Of a DNA stretch of 64,000 bases, positions 24,659-39,088 are shown piece after piece. Below the pieces are notes generated by a model, which was not told the origin of the DNA, made no database searches, and saw only the letters and a list, made by a program, of their open reading frames with translations. The DNA is taken from positions 73,966,001 to 74,030,000 of the forward strand of contig NC_043006.1 of assembly GCF_006345805.1 (NCBI RefSeq), written 5' to 3'. Source of the stretch: Octopus sinensis (Eukaryota). A program made the position numbers and the translations under genes. Every line of letters begins with the position of its first letter. The stretch's first letter is position 1.

Positions 24659-25727
24659 AATAAAATAGAATATATGCATATATATAAACATATATGTACG
24701 TACCTACCTCTACATGTACATATACACGCATATATGTGTACAGGACACCAAAAAGACGTCGAACACATAGAGAGACGAAACACATAGACACAAACCAAGG
24801 AACAAGACAAGCAAAAAAAAGGGAGAGATACAGGACAATAAGCACAACGAAAAAACCCCCTTCTTCAGTCGCTAAGATTTCATCTACTAAACGTTTCGAA
24901 GGATAAAAGCGAGACGTATACTTCGAAGAAAAATTCCTTCCCGCGAAAAGCAAATCAATTAAAATTCTGAGATCTTTTCGCAGAGGGGTAAAAAAAGGCA
25001 AGACGGTAACGACAGTACAAACATATAAACAGTAAAAAATATATATATAAACAGTGGAAAAATAATATATAACAGTGAGAGACAAGACAAGGAGAACAAG
25101 ATAAGAAGGGCTGTTAACGCCAGACGAAAAAAGTATTGTAAACGCTGGATTATCGTGGAAGACAGAGAGGGAAATTTTGTCAACCAGAAGCCTTGCAAGG
25201 CGGGAGAGAAAAGACAGGATAGCAGTTACGACGGAAGTATCGTCGCAGATGGATGACGGGAATGGGGGAGGAGGAGCAAGAGGAGAGAGAGAGAAGAAGG
25301 GGAATGGTGCGAGGAGACCATGAAGAATGGTGAAAGGGAGAGAGAGAATGAAGAATGAGAGAGAGAGGAAGAGACAGGTTAAGTGAGGGAAAAAAAGACG
25401 AAAAAGGGAATGGGAGAGAAAGAAAGAAAGATGCAGAGTCGCGTGAGAGTTAATATCAAGGCTAACTTGATAACAGAACAATCTTACTTAGTAGGGTGCG
25501 TGCGTTTAATCGTATAATATGTTAATAAAATAGAATATATGCATATATATAAACATATATGTACGTACCTACCTCTACATGTACATATACACGCATATAT
25601 GTGTACAGGACACCAAAAAGACGTCGAACACATAGAGAGACGAAACACATAGACACAAACCAAGGAACAAGACAAGCAAAAAAAAGGGAGAGATACAGGA
25701 CAATAAGCACAACGAAAAAACCCCCTT
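24652..25727 (-). mobile_element. non-autonomous element with identical 211-bp direct repeats (PLE pseudo-LTR-like)
   Basis: 24652-24862 equals 25517-25727 (offset 865); flanked by (TA)n on both sides; a diverged family member lies at 60573-60795; no credible ORF. Confidence 0.7.
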
Positions 25728-25747
25728 ATATATATATATATATATAT

Positions 25748-25798
<51 letters not shown>

Positions 25799-26748
25799 TA
25801 TGTATGTATGTACGTATATGCGCATTGTATTTGTATATATGTCTGTCTTTACGAGTATATGAGTATTTACGTTTGCATTTACGTGTGTGTGTAGATTTTA
25901 GCGTTCATGAATAGATACTGCATGAAAGCACGATTTGTTTAATAGATACAGACATACACATACATGGTTATATCACTTAAAATGAAAACGCACAGTCACA
26001 TAAAACGACAAAAACATACAGCCAGGATCTTAATTAAATTTCATTTAATATATCAATAATATTTGGAAAACCTTTTATTATATCACAGATTCGCATTAAA
26101 ATAAACTAATACTCCAAAATTTACCATTGAAATTAATAAATTAATTTATGTGCATTTTATTATTTTTATAGGTTACTGGAAAGAACTTTGAAGATATACA
26201 ACAAATGTTGCTAAGAGTGAGTATTATGAATAACATATTCTCATATGCAGTTATATATACATATAATGTGTGTGGACGTGTGAGTGTATATGTGTGTGTG
26301 TGTGTGTGTAAATGTTGTTATTTTTGTATGCTGGTGTATTCAAAGTATTTAATGAATTATAGTTTGTATACGAACAAATTCGTTTCATGAAAGCCTTAAA
26401 TATTGCATTCTTTTATCGTGTACCGAATGACGAAGAATGTTCAGGTCAATTCACGTCAATTGTCTGACATCATGCAGAAAAACAATCACAAGAGAAACAC
26501 TAAGAAATGAATAGAGAAGAGAACAAAGGAAAACGCTTGAAAATTTCTTATTCAGTATTTCGTCTACATTCATCGAAATGATTTCCATATGCCGTCAATA
26601 AACTGGCTAAAGTAAAACAGAAATAGAAAAAGTAATTTTGCCCATAACAGGATTCAAAGGTTTTTGCCAGAGTGATACCATGCGGGACATTGCAAGCTTT
26701 AGAACTCACACTCAAACACACTCATGCTCAGAAGGAAACATATATGCA

Positions 26749-26749
<1 letters not shown>

Positions 26750-26837
<88 letters not shown>

Positions 26838-26870
26838 GCCTGTCTGTCTGTCTGTCTGTCTGTCTGTCAA
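26750..26870. repeat. (TATC)n(TGTC)n compound microsatellite
   Basis: Seen directly. Confidence 0.95.
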
Positions 26871-27982
26871 ATCTATCTATCTATATGAGTGTATGTGTGT
26901 GTATATAAATATATGTGTATGTGTATGTGTATGTGTATGCATGTGTACGCTCACGTGTGTATGTATATATGTGGGTAGATTATATATATATATATATGTA
27001 TCTGTATACATTTACCTGTCCCTCTTTCTATCAATCATTATTTCTCTTTCTCTCTCTGTATACACACGCATCTACACACTCACATATCTATAAACACACA
27101 CATATTAATTCATTTTTATGGGAAGTTATATATAAATAACAATTAAAGATGAAACCAAAGCATTACACAATACATTTAAGTACAGTATATTTTCATTAAT
27201 TTTTACAAGCAACTGTTGACAGTGACTTCGAAGTTTTGGCTTTTTTAGCATCATTGTGCCAACAAAATACAAGTATTTATACATTCATACACCCCACGTA
27301 CTAGTATATATGATGATGAATAAAAGTAAGAAAAACACAAGAAGGACAAAATGCTCCGAAATGCTATTAGTTTCACGCTTGAAAAGAAAGAGATAAGAAG
27401 AGCTTTCGATATTTCGAACATAGAGTCCTTCATCAGTAAAAAAAAAAAAAATACCGATGGGCACTGGAAAGAAAAGATGAGATAAAGTTCAGTTTCATGT
27501 GAAAATGTACTTTTATGGAAAGGAGTAAATAATTGGGAGGGGGGGTCGGATAATTTTTGTGCATATACAGGAAAGTACCTGTGCAAAGCGATGGGCATGA
27601 GTAGAGAGTGGTACTGATAGCATGTAGTTGGCTTGGGGAAAATGGAATCGAGTGAGATATGAATTTGGTAAAGGTGAGGGGGAAATTTAGAAGCAGGAAG
27701 AAGTAAGGGAAACAGTGGAAAAAAATACGCGCACAAACATATGGAGTACTAGGTTGTTAAATACAGGTATAGAAACTCATCTACAATTTAGGTACCTAGA
27801 AGGTGTGTGTGTATCAGTTTGGGTTTAACTGCTGCTAATAACAAATCCGTTGCAGAATAGAGAGTAATGATATATTCTAGTTTGGTTGAGCCAGTCTCTT
27901 CTTACTAGGAGTTTCAGCTGTAGATGCACTGAAGCTGCGGCAAGTTTTGCGAAAGTAAAATACACACGCACACACACACACA

Positions 27983-28053
<71 letters not shown>

Positions 28054-28407
28054 CTCACGCACGCACTTACACTTTGCGTATGTTACAATTATCTGCGTAC
28101 ATATATTTGTATGCGTAGCTGACAGCGTGTAATTAAAATTGTAAGGTTTCCTATAAGGAACTTAACCGCAAGCGAAGATTCCACATTTCAAATCCTTTAC
28201 TCTGATCCTCCAGCAAGAGAAAGACTTAATGCCACTGCAGACATAAACGTATATTCAATACGTAGCCAATTATACACATTAAACATAACTACTTGAGGCA
28301 ATAAAACAAAAAGCATTTTGGTTAGAACGAAGGTTTTCGCAAGCTTAATCATGATGTCAAATATATACAGACACCCACATAACTGTTTCCATGCTCATCT
28401 GTCTGCC

Positions 28408-28504
28408 TGTTGATCTGCCGGTGTATACATGAATGTAAGTACACACACACAAGCACACACATATACATCCATCTCTCTATCTCTCTCCCTAACTATATAT
28501 ATAT

Positions 28505-28571
<67 letters not shown>

Positions 28572-28740
28572 GTGTGTAGGGATGGCATTCATAGATAAAC
28601 ATAGATATATATCCAAACACACTAACATATACAAATGTACGTGTGTGTTTATATGTGTATGTGTATTTCGGGTTTGTTTATAAGAATAGTATTTATATGT
28701 AGTATACATACATACATACATACATACATACATACATACA

Positions 28741-28834
<94 letters not shown>

Positions 28835-28916
28835 TTAGGAGAGAGATAGAGATGGATGTATATGTGTGTGCGTGTGTGTGTGTACTTGCATTCATGTATA
28901 CACAGGCAGATCAACA
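28408..28916. repeat. local inverted duplication (~88-bp arms) around a microsatellite block
   Basis: 28408-28496 matches the reverse complement of 28830-28916 at roughly 90% by eye. Confidence 0.8.
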
Positions 28917-28953
28917 CACAGACATGAACACAATTGTGTGGGTGTATATATAT

Positions 28954-28996
<43 letters not shown>

Positions 28997-31504
28997 TCAC
29001 ACACACACATATACGTGTGTGTGAATGTGTGGATGAATTAATACACTGGGCACGTCATCAGCGCAAAGCAATAAGTGCTCATAACTACTCACATGCTGTA
29101 TAACTTATTTGATAAGTATGTGTGTCTATGTTTCTTTACCATTCTCTGCACAAATACATACACCTACTCATCCACACTTACACAATGTAGCAAGCATAAA
29201 AGTTTAGAGAACATACAGACGTGCACATGCATATTAATCACTATTCAGAGTTTTCATTTAAACCAGTAACTTAACTTTAATGCCTCAAGGCAAATATCTC
29301 TGTTGTAAATAAGACTCACATTGTTGTTTCTGCATTAACGCGGCAATTGAAACATAAGTTATTATCGCTGGCGTGATAAAAGTGTTCTTAATATTAACAA
29401 AACCGTCAATTAATTAGTAATTACGAAGGTACCTTACTCCAAAACTAAATTAATAACTAATCTCAAATATTTTGTTCTTCTCTATAGTCTAATCCTTTCT
29501 CTCGAAATTATAAAGAACATTTATGTAGTCCTCGATTCTGCATTTAAATATCTTACGGGAATAAAATATCCCTGCTGTTTTAGTTCCATAATTTTTTTTG
29601 TGCAATTTTGCAATTTTTCTTGAATTTAATTTTATTTAAAATGGTTTTCATTTTACGTAATGTTCAGGAACTATGTGCAATCTTAAATAATTAAAATGTA
29701 TTGTTTGCAGAATCTTAATCGATCATAACGCCGCAAAAGTCTATAGACAAAACGGCAAGAATCATCAAAATTAACAAAACTGTCTACGATTTCAATTTCA
29801 GTTTGAAGCCATATCACTTCATTTATATAATCATTGGTCTTAAGAAATATCGTTAACAGCTTAGTGGGAACAATCGTTAACGCATTAACAAAATGCTGAG
29901 CTGCATATCCTACGGCTTGTTACATTTTGAAATCTCATTCTACCTAGATCTCATTCTACCTTTCAACATTTTGGGGTCGATGAATACCAGTCAAGTACTG
30001 GGGTCCCTGAAAAATTGCAGACCGGGAGCAAAATTCAGAAGGACATATATCTTTTCCCTCTCGCCATGCCACCGATGTTATCTAAGACAAAGGCAAGACT
30101 CAGTACAGATTGACATAATTGTCATCTTAGACGTTATCGTCAAAAGGCAAAGAACTGCTATAGATACCATAAGACATTCCATCTGATATTCTAACAGCTC
30201 CACTAATCCTGTACTAATAACTTATTGATCGACTATGAAGTGAAAATAGGCAAAGTTGACCTCGGAGGAACTTAATTAAAATATCAGAATGCATTTTATT
30301 AGATCTCATGACGATCTCACGACTGCAGCAAGTCACGGCTCCATGTTCAGGAAAAGTTATACCGCCTAATTATCACGTTAGTAACAAAAATAAACTTAAT
30401 TTAAAATAACCATCTACGTATCACGCCTAATGTATATGCACTGTTAATAGGTCGTTACAGCTGTATTTGTTGTGAGATAATGTCTCTCAAGGATGTGCTT
30501 ATGGTGGCTGTTCACAACATAAATTAATATTCCAATACACTTTTTTGCATATCGATATGTGAAGAATGTCCATCGATGTGCTTGACTATGTGTACACAAC
30601 TGAAAAAGTGCAATACTATCAAAATGCATCTGGCACTCTTGCTACCCGTACCTGGGCGAATATTTTCTCCCTCTGATATCTATAGTATTTTTAACAGGGG
30701 ATGTTATCTCAGAATAACATTAGATATGTTCTCTCTGAACAAATCCGGCAGTAAGTGGCTTATGAACAATCTCTATATATTTAGCATGACAGATAAAGTG
30801 CTATTTTAATTCAATACAACATTAAATTTGTATACCAACTTAATTTCTCATAAAATTGTACTATTTACTAGATAATGCATACAGAAATACGATTGAATCC
30901 AAAGATTTGCGATATGATCAATATTTAAACTTTCCAACAAATTAGACTTCTTTGGAGATTTCTCACTTTAGGGATGAAATAGACACCGAAGCGTTGAGTA
31001 GATTTATGACGATAGAAACCACATTTATGATCATCCCTTCTTTGTTTAAGATATAGGGTTTCCATCACTGCAGTATGCTGGTTACAAATCTCTTTCGACT
31101 ATTAATAGAGTAGTACAGTGTTGGAGTTCGACTGGCTTGTTGTTTTTATGAGGGCGAGCAAACTCATTTTGATCTCAGTTTGGCTTAATTACAGAATATA
31201 ACTCATGACTGCTTATATCTAAATTCAGCAAGCTATGTAATGCAATAATAATTAAATAATAGAAATCCCACTAGTAAAAAGAATGTATATTGTTTATCTT
31301 GTTGAGTGTCATCAGTGAAACATAACCGGCTGTTCACAAAACGTGTTCAGTATATACGGAAAAAGAGAGAATATAGTATTGTTGATAAAAAATATCAAGA
31401 GGAAAAATAACTTAGATGTTTGTATGCTACATACACAGTTGGGTCTCCAGTGGTCACCATTCACAGGGAAAACAATAGATAGCTTCTTATCAACATATTG
31501 TTAT

Positions 31505-31701
31505 TGACATTGGCACAGGCGTGTCTGTGTGTTAAGAGATCAGCTCCCACAACAGATAGTTCCTGGTTCAGTCCCACAGCAAAATTTCTTGGGCAAGTGC
31601 CGTCTACAGGCTCACCAAAGCCTTGTGAGTGGATTTGGTTGACGGAAACTGAACGGGGCCACTCGTATGAATATGTGTATATATATATATATGTGTGTGT
31701 G

Positions 31702-31751
<50 letters not shown>

Positions 31752-31940
31752 CGTGTGTGTGTTTGTCTCCACACCACCACTTGACAACCGGTATTGGTGT
31801 TTTCACGTCTCCGTAATTTAGCAGTTCGGCATAAGAATTCGATAGAATAAGTACCAGGCTATTAAAAATACTCGGGTCAATTCATTCAACTAAAATTGCT
31901 GAAGGCAATGCCCCAGCATGGCCACATATAATAGAAAGAA
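31505..31940 (+). mobile_element. SINE group B variant with internal (TA)n
   Basis: CTTGGGCAAGTG...GCCTTGTGAGTGGATTTGG core, microsatellite, then GATAGAATAAGTACCAGGCT and CCCCAGCATGGCC tail blocks. Confidence 0.8.
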
Positions 31941-32444
31941 CATTAAAAGATAACTGGTCTTTGTATGATGATGAAATACTGCTAAAGTCAATAGTTAAGT
32001 GTTTAGATAAATTAATGCTGGGGTATATTAATTAGAATTGCTTTATCTATACTCTGCATAATTATTTCTAGGAAGTTTTTAATTATATGAAACGTAGACA
32101 GAAGGCTAGAAATTTGTTGGGCTGGTGGTTGCTGTATTATATCGACTGGTACTTTACTTGAACTTTATTTTAAAGATCTCAAAAGGACGTAAGGCAAAGT
32201 TGGTTACGGAATGTAAGGAGCTAGAAAAATTACTCCCACGGTAGTTTCTTGGACATTTTGGCGATTCTGTCAGTCCACGGCCTATAGATAGCTTCAAGTT
32301 CCTTTGTATTAAGTATATTAACACTAATTTAACTTTCAAATTGCCGAGCGCGCGTTTGTTTCATCAATATCCTATTGACAATGGTATTTGTCACTATCAT
32401 GTAATATGGTTTTAAACTTTGTTACAAATAATTTTAGCGGAAAT

Positions 32445-32612
32445 GGTAAGTGGATATCATCGTCCCCAGTGCTTGACTAGTACTTATTTTATCGACCCCG
32501 AAAGGATGAAAGGCAAATTCGATTTCTGTAGCATTTGAACTCAGAACGAGCAGCCAGGAGAAATGCCGCTAAACCGTCTGCCTGGCACTGTTACGATTCG
32601 GCCAGCTCACTG
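32445..32612 (-). mobile_element. SINE group C, diverged
   Basis: TACTTATTTTATCGACCCCGAAAGGATGAAAGGC central block. Confidence 0.75.
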
Positions 32613-35600
32613 CTTCACTATCATATGATGATATACGTTTTGATATCCTTTGTAGCATTAAATTATGAAGGGCTGTGTAGTAACAAACATTAATACAAAT
32701 TTGAGAGTAATGTTTCGGTATTCTGCATGTTAGCTCTACGTAGGGTGTTCAAGTTAATTGCAATGTTTTGACATATATGGAAAGCGCTGGGCGATGTGGC
32801 GGATTCTGGATTTTGTGTATAATGTAATGATTGTATGACATGTTGGTGTGTTGGTATATGCACTGTACTATTATAAGTTATGTACGTACTGTTATAAGTT
32901 TGAAATAGACCTGGAATATCTCATACTAATCTAATTCGATTGGATAAAGTTTGGAAATGCATTTAAGTGAAGTAAGTGATTCAATTAAGATAGCAGTTTG
33001 ATCAGAAAATTCTTAGATTATTCCTTAATTAGTAGTCTGTGTTTGAAATAATTTAACCTTACTAAGTACAGCTTTCATCCCTGAACAGATATTTAGAAAG
33101 ATTGATCCACTTATTATCTTTAAGCAGAATTCTATCGCTCATCTCACAATTTTCTCACTCCTTACGGATTCAAAAATAATAGACGTGTGTCCATAATGCA
33201 ACTGGAACCAGTGACCCATGCATCTTATTTGTTGCTGATGAATACGTGCTGCTCCCCTCTTAAAAAAGATCGGATACATTTCGTTACATTTGCGCGTGTG
33301 CGATTGATCTCTATGAAAATGATATGAAGATGACGCTTTTCTTTCTCACCGCCATTTAAAATATGACTACTTCTGTCTCCTTATATAATATCCATTAATG
33401 CTTATTGATTTTTAGCTCGACAGGATGAAGTCAGAGTCGATATCAGTGTTCTATTAGCTCACTGTTATTTACATAATAGACTTCAGAAGTATGAAGAGCC
33501 AATTCAACATCTAGACTAGATTAGAACTCACAAACAATAAAGAACTTCCCTCCTACAACGTTTAATTGAAATGGTTGATGGTTCGCCAAAGTTTAGTAAC
33601 TGCAAGTACATCTAACAATACAGTCTTCACCAATCAGTAAGAACTAATTTGTTTCTTAAATGTACATTTTTGAATCCAAGCTCTTCGAAGAGCTTGAAGC
33701 ATGGCAAGTACTCCACATATGTTTATTTTCTATTCTATTGAATCCATTAAATATATTTATGTAATTTCAGTTAAAATTAAATGGCAAAATAGAGAATAAT
33801 ACATTTATGATCTTGGTCCATGATCAAGCAAAAAAAATTGGTACTAGAGCCTCAAATATATTTTGCATTACTTCTTAGCTGAAACAGCATGTAACTGAAT
33901 AAAAAATGATTAAAACTTAATAAAAAAATAATTAAAACTGAATAAAGAAATAATTATATAAACATTGATAAAAAGCCTAGATTTACAAAGAAGATATTAC
34001 AAACAATACAAAGCAGTAGCTATATCTAATTAGAGAGTGACGTATAAGTGATTAATGTGTGGAGGTACAGCAGGTTGTACATGACCCAGTATACGAGTTG
34101 AAAATAATAGTTTCTGTTCTGAAGTATAGTTTTATATCTACTGTACTCTCCTCATAGCTTTCACTATTCACTGAGAAGGAAAAGAAGAATCCAGCGTGAC
34201 CAATTCTGTTCTCATTAACTTACTATGTACGCAGTATGAAAGAATATACAAATGAAACTATTTTATCGTATTCATTTCATTTGTAAAAGAACTTACAGAC
34301 TCGTAAACGCTGCAGGAGAGAAATACTTGGCAGTATTTCTCCTGATTATTTACATTCTGCGTTCAAATCCCGCCGAGGTCAACTTAGAGAAAAATAGATT
34401 TAAAAATGGTCTTTTTGGTGCATTGCGTGTCTGTCTTGACATTGATGGGATAATAACATTTGGATACATTACATCATAGCTCTGCTTCCTCAAAGAAAGA
34501 TTAGAGCTAAACAACATGAAAACTAACAAAGAGCAAAAGCGACAAACCAAACCTCTGGTTATATTTAGTTTGATATAACTTCAGATAATGGAAGAAACAA
34601 GTAGAGAATTATGAGACATCTTTGCCAGAAATATATGTGCAAATCGTTTCCCCAAAGCAGTGCTGAAATAATAAAGAATTTTATCTAATTACAAAAGTTT
34701 TCTTTATCAACTGAAGATAAATTTATTTAAAACTATTTTCATATAAACAATCCAAAGACTTCATTTATATATTTCATAAGATATTAGATTTCTGAAGCAA
34801 AAACTTCCTGTCCTGTAGATTTTAATATTTGTAAAAGTATACCATTCCAATGTGATATTTTCAAAATAAAATTATATAAATACCTTTTGACAAGGTTAGT
34901 CTTTGTCAGAAGAGCATAGAGATATTTTTTTTGGCTAGTATATCACTGGCAATGGCTGCGTTTAGTTACTCTTGCGACAGAGATGTATCGGAAATTTCCA
35001 GGGACGCCTGCTGCACGGAAAATATGTGTAATAAAGAGAAAAATATATAATAGATGCATCGGCATGTGTGCGTGTTTATCTGGATGGACGGGTGTACGCA
35101 TGCGCGCGTGCGTGTGTGTGTGTGCATTTGTTTAAATCTAGCATGTGTAAATACGCACCGCTTATGTTTGTATGTGAGTGAGCACGATTGTTCTGTGGTA
35201 ACGTGGTGTTTGTGTGCAATGGGTTAACCGGATTTACCATTGGATTAAGATTTGGCAGTATTAAGAATAGAATAAAAGAGTGGAGAAGCACACAAACGTA
35301 GTGTGAGCATGTATGCGTGTGCATGTTCATGTGTGAGTGTGTATGTGTATGTCTGTTTGTATGGGGGTACTTTCGTATTTGGAGACGATCCTAGGTGTTT
35401 AAAGAAAATGCATAAGGCTGGAAAATTTTATGCTTTCATATTGTTCTTTAAAGAAGTTTTTTGACTCGAAATATCAAGATTATCTTAACATCATGACCAC
35501 ATTTTAATATTTCCGATATTTTGTTTTCCTTAACACAGCCTGAAGGTTATAGATTTTTTCATGTCCCAGTAGCATTTGTTGCAGTTAAAGGAAAAATATT

Positions 35601-35791
35601 GGCCGATTACATCTAACATATTAACACATTCTCCACATTTTTCCTATTACTACCAAGCTAACAGTGTTTTTGTCTCCTATGAATAAATTTGTCTTTGTTA
35701 TGTCAAACAGAATCACGATATTAAAGTTAATTCAAACCAATATACATACATACATATATATGGATGTATATATATATATATATATGGATGT

Positions 35792-35841
<50 letters not shown>

Positions 35842-37954
35842 ATTATGTATAATATGATTAATCCGAGTGGATTAATTAAGTATATTTGGGAACTGAAAGA
35901 TAGTAATATTAGTTTCACGTTAGAATGGGGGAACTTCGCCCCCACACCTTCGTACAATGTAAAAACAGGAAATGTTATCTTTGCATCAATAAAATTCTGT
36001 TCATTCTAGCAGCTCAGCACCTACTATTCAACTTGCTTGCACAAGGGGAGGTTTACATTCATTAAATATAAATAACATCAGAGACCTTTGTGCCACCCGA
36101 AAATAGCACCAAGAACCCCTCTTCATCAAAATTCCGAGTTTAGATCCCACTCCCCACCCATAATCAACTACCTACATTTTATAATTATGAAGCCATTTCT
36201 CCTTAATATAACCCACTAACCCACGAAACCCCTTTAGCAAATGTCAGATATTTCAATCCCGAATCTAATTGAGAGCACAGAGGACAAACTTATTTAACCC
36301 CAATGTTAAGACCCCACCCCGGTAACGAATTTTAATTTTTATTTTGAATTTTAATTTAGTTTAATTTTTATTTTGTTTTATTTTATTTTTATTTTCCTGT
36401 ACCTTTTATGCCATGGATGTGCTTTTTGGCACATCTTGCAATCTGGACTTAGTTTTTCTACCAGCATATTGGTCTACGTCCACTTAAAATAGACCCTAAT
36501 AGTCCTACCCACGTAGGAAAAACACTACCCCCACTATAGAATTTGATTTAATGAATTTAATATTACCTTTCCCCATTACAGATTGTATAGGTCTGTACTT
36601 GGACACTGCAGTTGCTGACTTCCCAGGAGATATTAGTACACTTGGGTTTACTATGTATGATTGAAAATGTAATTTGCTGGTAGACCTTGTATGGCTGCGG
36701 CCATGTAAGGGTTAATATAATTGATAGATTTATTGATGTGAACAATCTAACGTTTATGATAATACAATTACATATTAATTAAGATTTAGTAAACAGTGTT
36801 GGCACACGGAGTTCGTAACCATAGTCGTAATTAGCATGTGTTTTCATTTTGATATTTAATCCCTTAAATGTTTGTGGTCTTGTGCTTTTGCCCTTTCGTG
36901 TACCTATGGGCAGAATTTACTTAGGAACGCATACACATTTACTTGTTCCTCCATTATTACCAACACTTGCAATTTTACTGGCTATCTAGGATGTAAGATT
37001 CAACATTATTTTTCGTAGGTAATTCCACTAGCATGCACTTCTTGTACTTGTTATCTCCCCTTAACTATTAAAAAAAAAATTACAGCAGAAGTTGCAGAAA
37101 GTCATATGCGGCCTCGTGCAACTTATATCACAGTCTTCTCCACCACACCTTTTATTTACTGGTTTGTTTTCTTCTTTATTTACATATCCCCTGTAACGGT
37201 CTTAACTCTTGCCCTTGGTTTAAATATAATTGACCAATTGTAGTGATGGACTGATTTTGTTCAATTCCATTGCGGACAACAGGTAGTGGTCTCTACAATA
37301 TGTCAGTAAGTACACCATTATAAAAACCCTACGGTTCTGTTTTGGTTTAGCATAATTTAGCCCTATTTACGATATCATAAGTACTATTCTTTTTCCCGAC
37401 ATATTGGTAATTCTTGTCGTATTTTAGTACTAACTTCATTTCACTACAATTCAAACACCCTGGTTCCTCCTTTGTATAGAAATAACCCGTAAATATTTCC
37501 CTAGACCACTGTTAGTTCACTCCTTTGCTTATCGACTTCAAGCTCTACTCTTCAAGATGGTATGATTTAAATATATTGAGCCTTTGTGGCCTCTTCTCGA
37601 GGCCCTGTTCTTTCCTCTTCCCTCTTCCCTTCGTTTATTTTATTTCACACATTTATATTCACTCTAATAAAGCTCAATGTGCTTGATCGAATGTGCTATG
37701 AAGATGATGAACATCATTTTCGGAATTTCTTTCGTAAGCACCAACTAACATTGGAAGAGGAAACATATCATGTCATGTTTTGAATGAGAAAATAATCAAC
37801 AGATGTGGTTCAAATTGTATGTTTGTTGATCAAATGTTCTCTCCACTGTCTGATTATTTAAAATTTATATATATATATGTATGTACGTATATATATATAT
37901 AACCTCTGGAGAAATTCGTTAGACGCTGTTTATATACCGAAACAGTTTCTATCG

Positions 37955-39088
37955 CAGTCAGTCATCCCGGTTTTCAAACAGGGAAACAGATCCCTCGCAC
38001 TCAACTGTCGCCCAATCTCATTCACCTCCCACATCATTAAAGTGTTTGAAAGAGTGTTAAGATCAAGGATAGCTGACTTCCTGGAGACCCACAAACTCCT
38101 AAATGCAAATCAGCATGGCTTTCGCTATGGCAGGGACTGTCTAACACAGCTCTTACACCACATTGAAGATGTACTCAAAGCCTTGGGAACAGGTTCGAAC
38201 TCTGGTGTCATATATCTTGACTTCAGTAAAGCGTTCGACAGGGTAGACCATAATATCCTACTCTCAAAATTGGCAAATGTTGGAATCCGTGGAAAAGTTC
38301 TACACTGGATTAAGTATTTCCTGGCGAATAGAACACAACATGTTGTAGTTGATGGAGTCCACTCAAGCCCAGCAAAAGTCACCAGCGGTGTCCCCCAGGG
38401 GACTGTCTTGGGTCCGCTACTATTCATAATTTACATGAATGACCTTTCCAGTGTCGTACATTACTGCAAAGTGAAAATATTTGCTGATGACACTAAGCAC
38501 CAGCAAATCGTCAATGAAGAAGCAGACCAAACTCAACTCCAGTCTGATCTATATGCTGTGAGTCAATGGGCAGACAGGAACCAAATGCAACTGAACGAGG
38601 GAAAATTTGAGCTGATACATTTTGGAAGAAATTCCTCACTAAAACAGCCATACTCTCTTCTTTCAGGGGAACCGCTCACAGCCTCTAACAATATCAGAGA
38701 CCTGGATGTAATTGTTGATGACGATCTCAGTTGGAGTGCACACATCAACAAGAAGGTCGATATAGCTTGTAGGATGAGTTCCTGGATCTTAAGGACTTTC
38801 CGGTCCAGAGAACAAGGTGTCATCATACCACTTTTCTCCTCCTTTGTACGGCCACACCTCGAATACTGCTGCCCACTGTGGTCTCCCCATACAAGACAAA
38901 ACATCTCGAGGATTGAATCACCCCAGAGGGCACTCACTAAACGAATTGAAGGCATGGCTGCTCTCGATTATTGGGATCGCCTTAAAGCCTTGAAACTCTA
39001 CTCTCTCCAGCGTCGCCGTGAGCGGTACATCATTTGTACGATGTGGAGATATATACCGCCAACTTTGCCCAAACGACCTGAACATTAG
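37955..39088 (+). pseudogene. reverse transcriptase domain of LINE ORF2 (no endonuclease; frameshift near 39050)
   Basis: About 375 stop-free codons within ORF 37877-39088; the N-terminal codons of that ORF are microsatellite and flank; the C-terminus continues in ORF 39018-39305 and beyond with a second frameshift. Confidence 0.9.

Noticed and set aside
24657-25481. 274-aa minus-strand ORF
   Set aside because: Low-complexity F/L/S composition from a purine-rich repeat; no RT or GIY-YIG motifs.
30699-30751. Candidate 53-nt exon (TTTTAACAG ... GTAAGT) reading GMLSQNNIRYVLSEQIR
   Set aside because: Plausible splice sites but no supporting neighbours or homology.
33677-33696. 20-bp perfect palindrome CAAGCTCTTCGAAGAGCTTG
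   Set aside because: Isolated, no TSD or repeat context, and too short to interpret.
36060-37600. Region with LINE-like strand asymmetry and UTR-like T-rich tract
   Set aside because: No diagnostic protein motif could be recovered by eye, so it was left unannotated.
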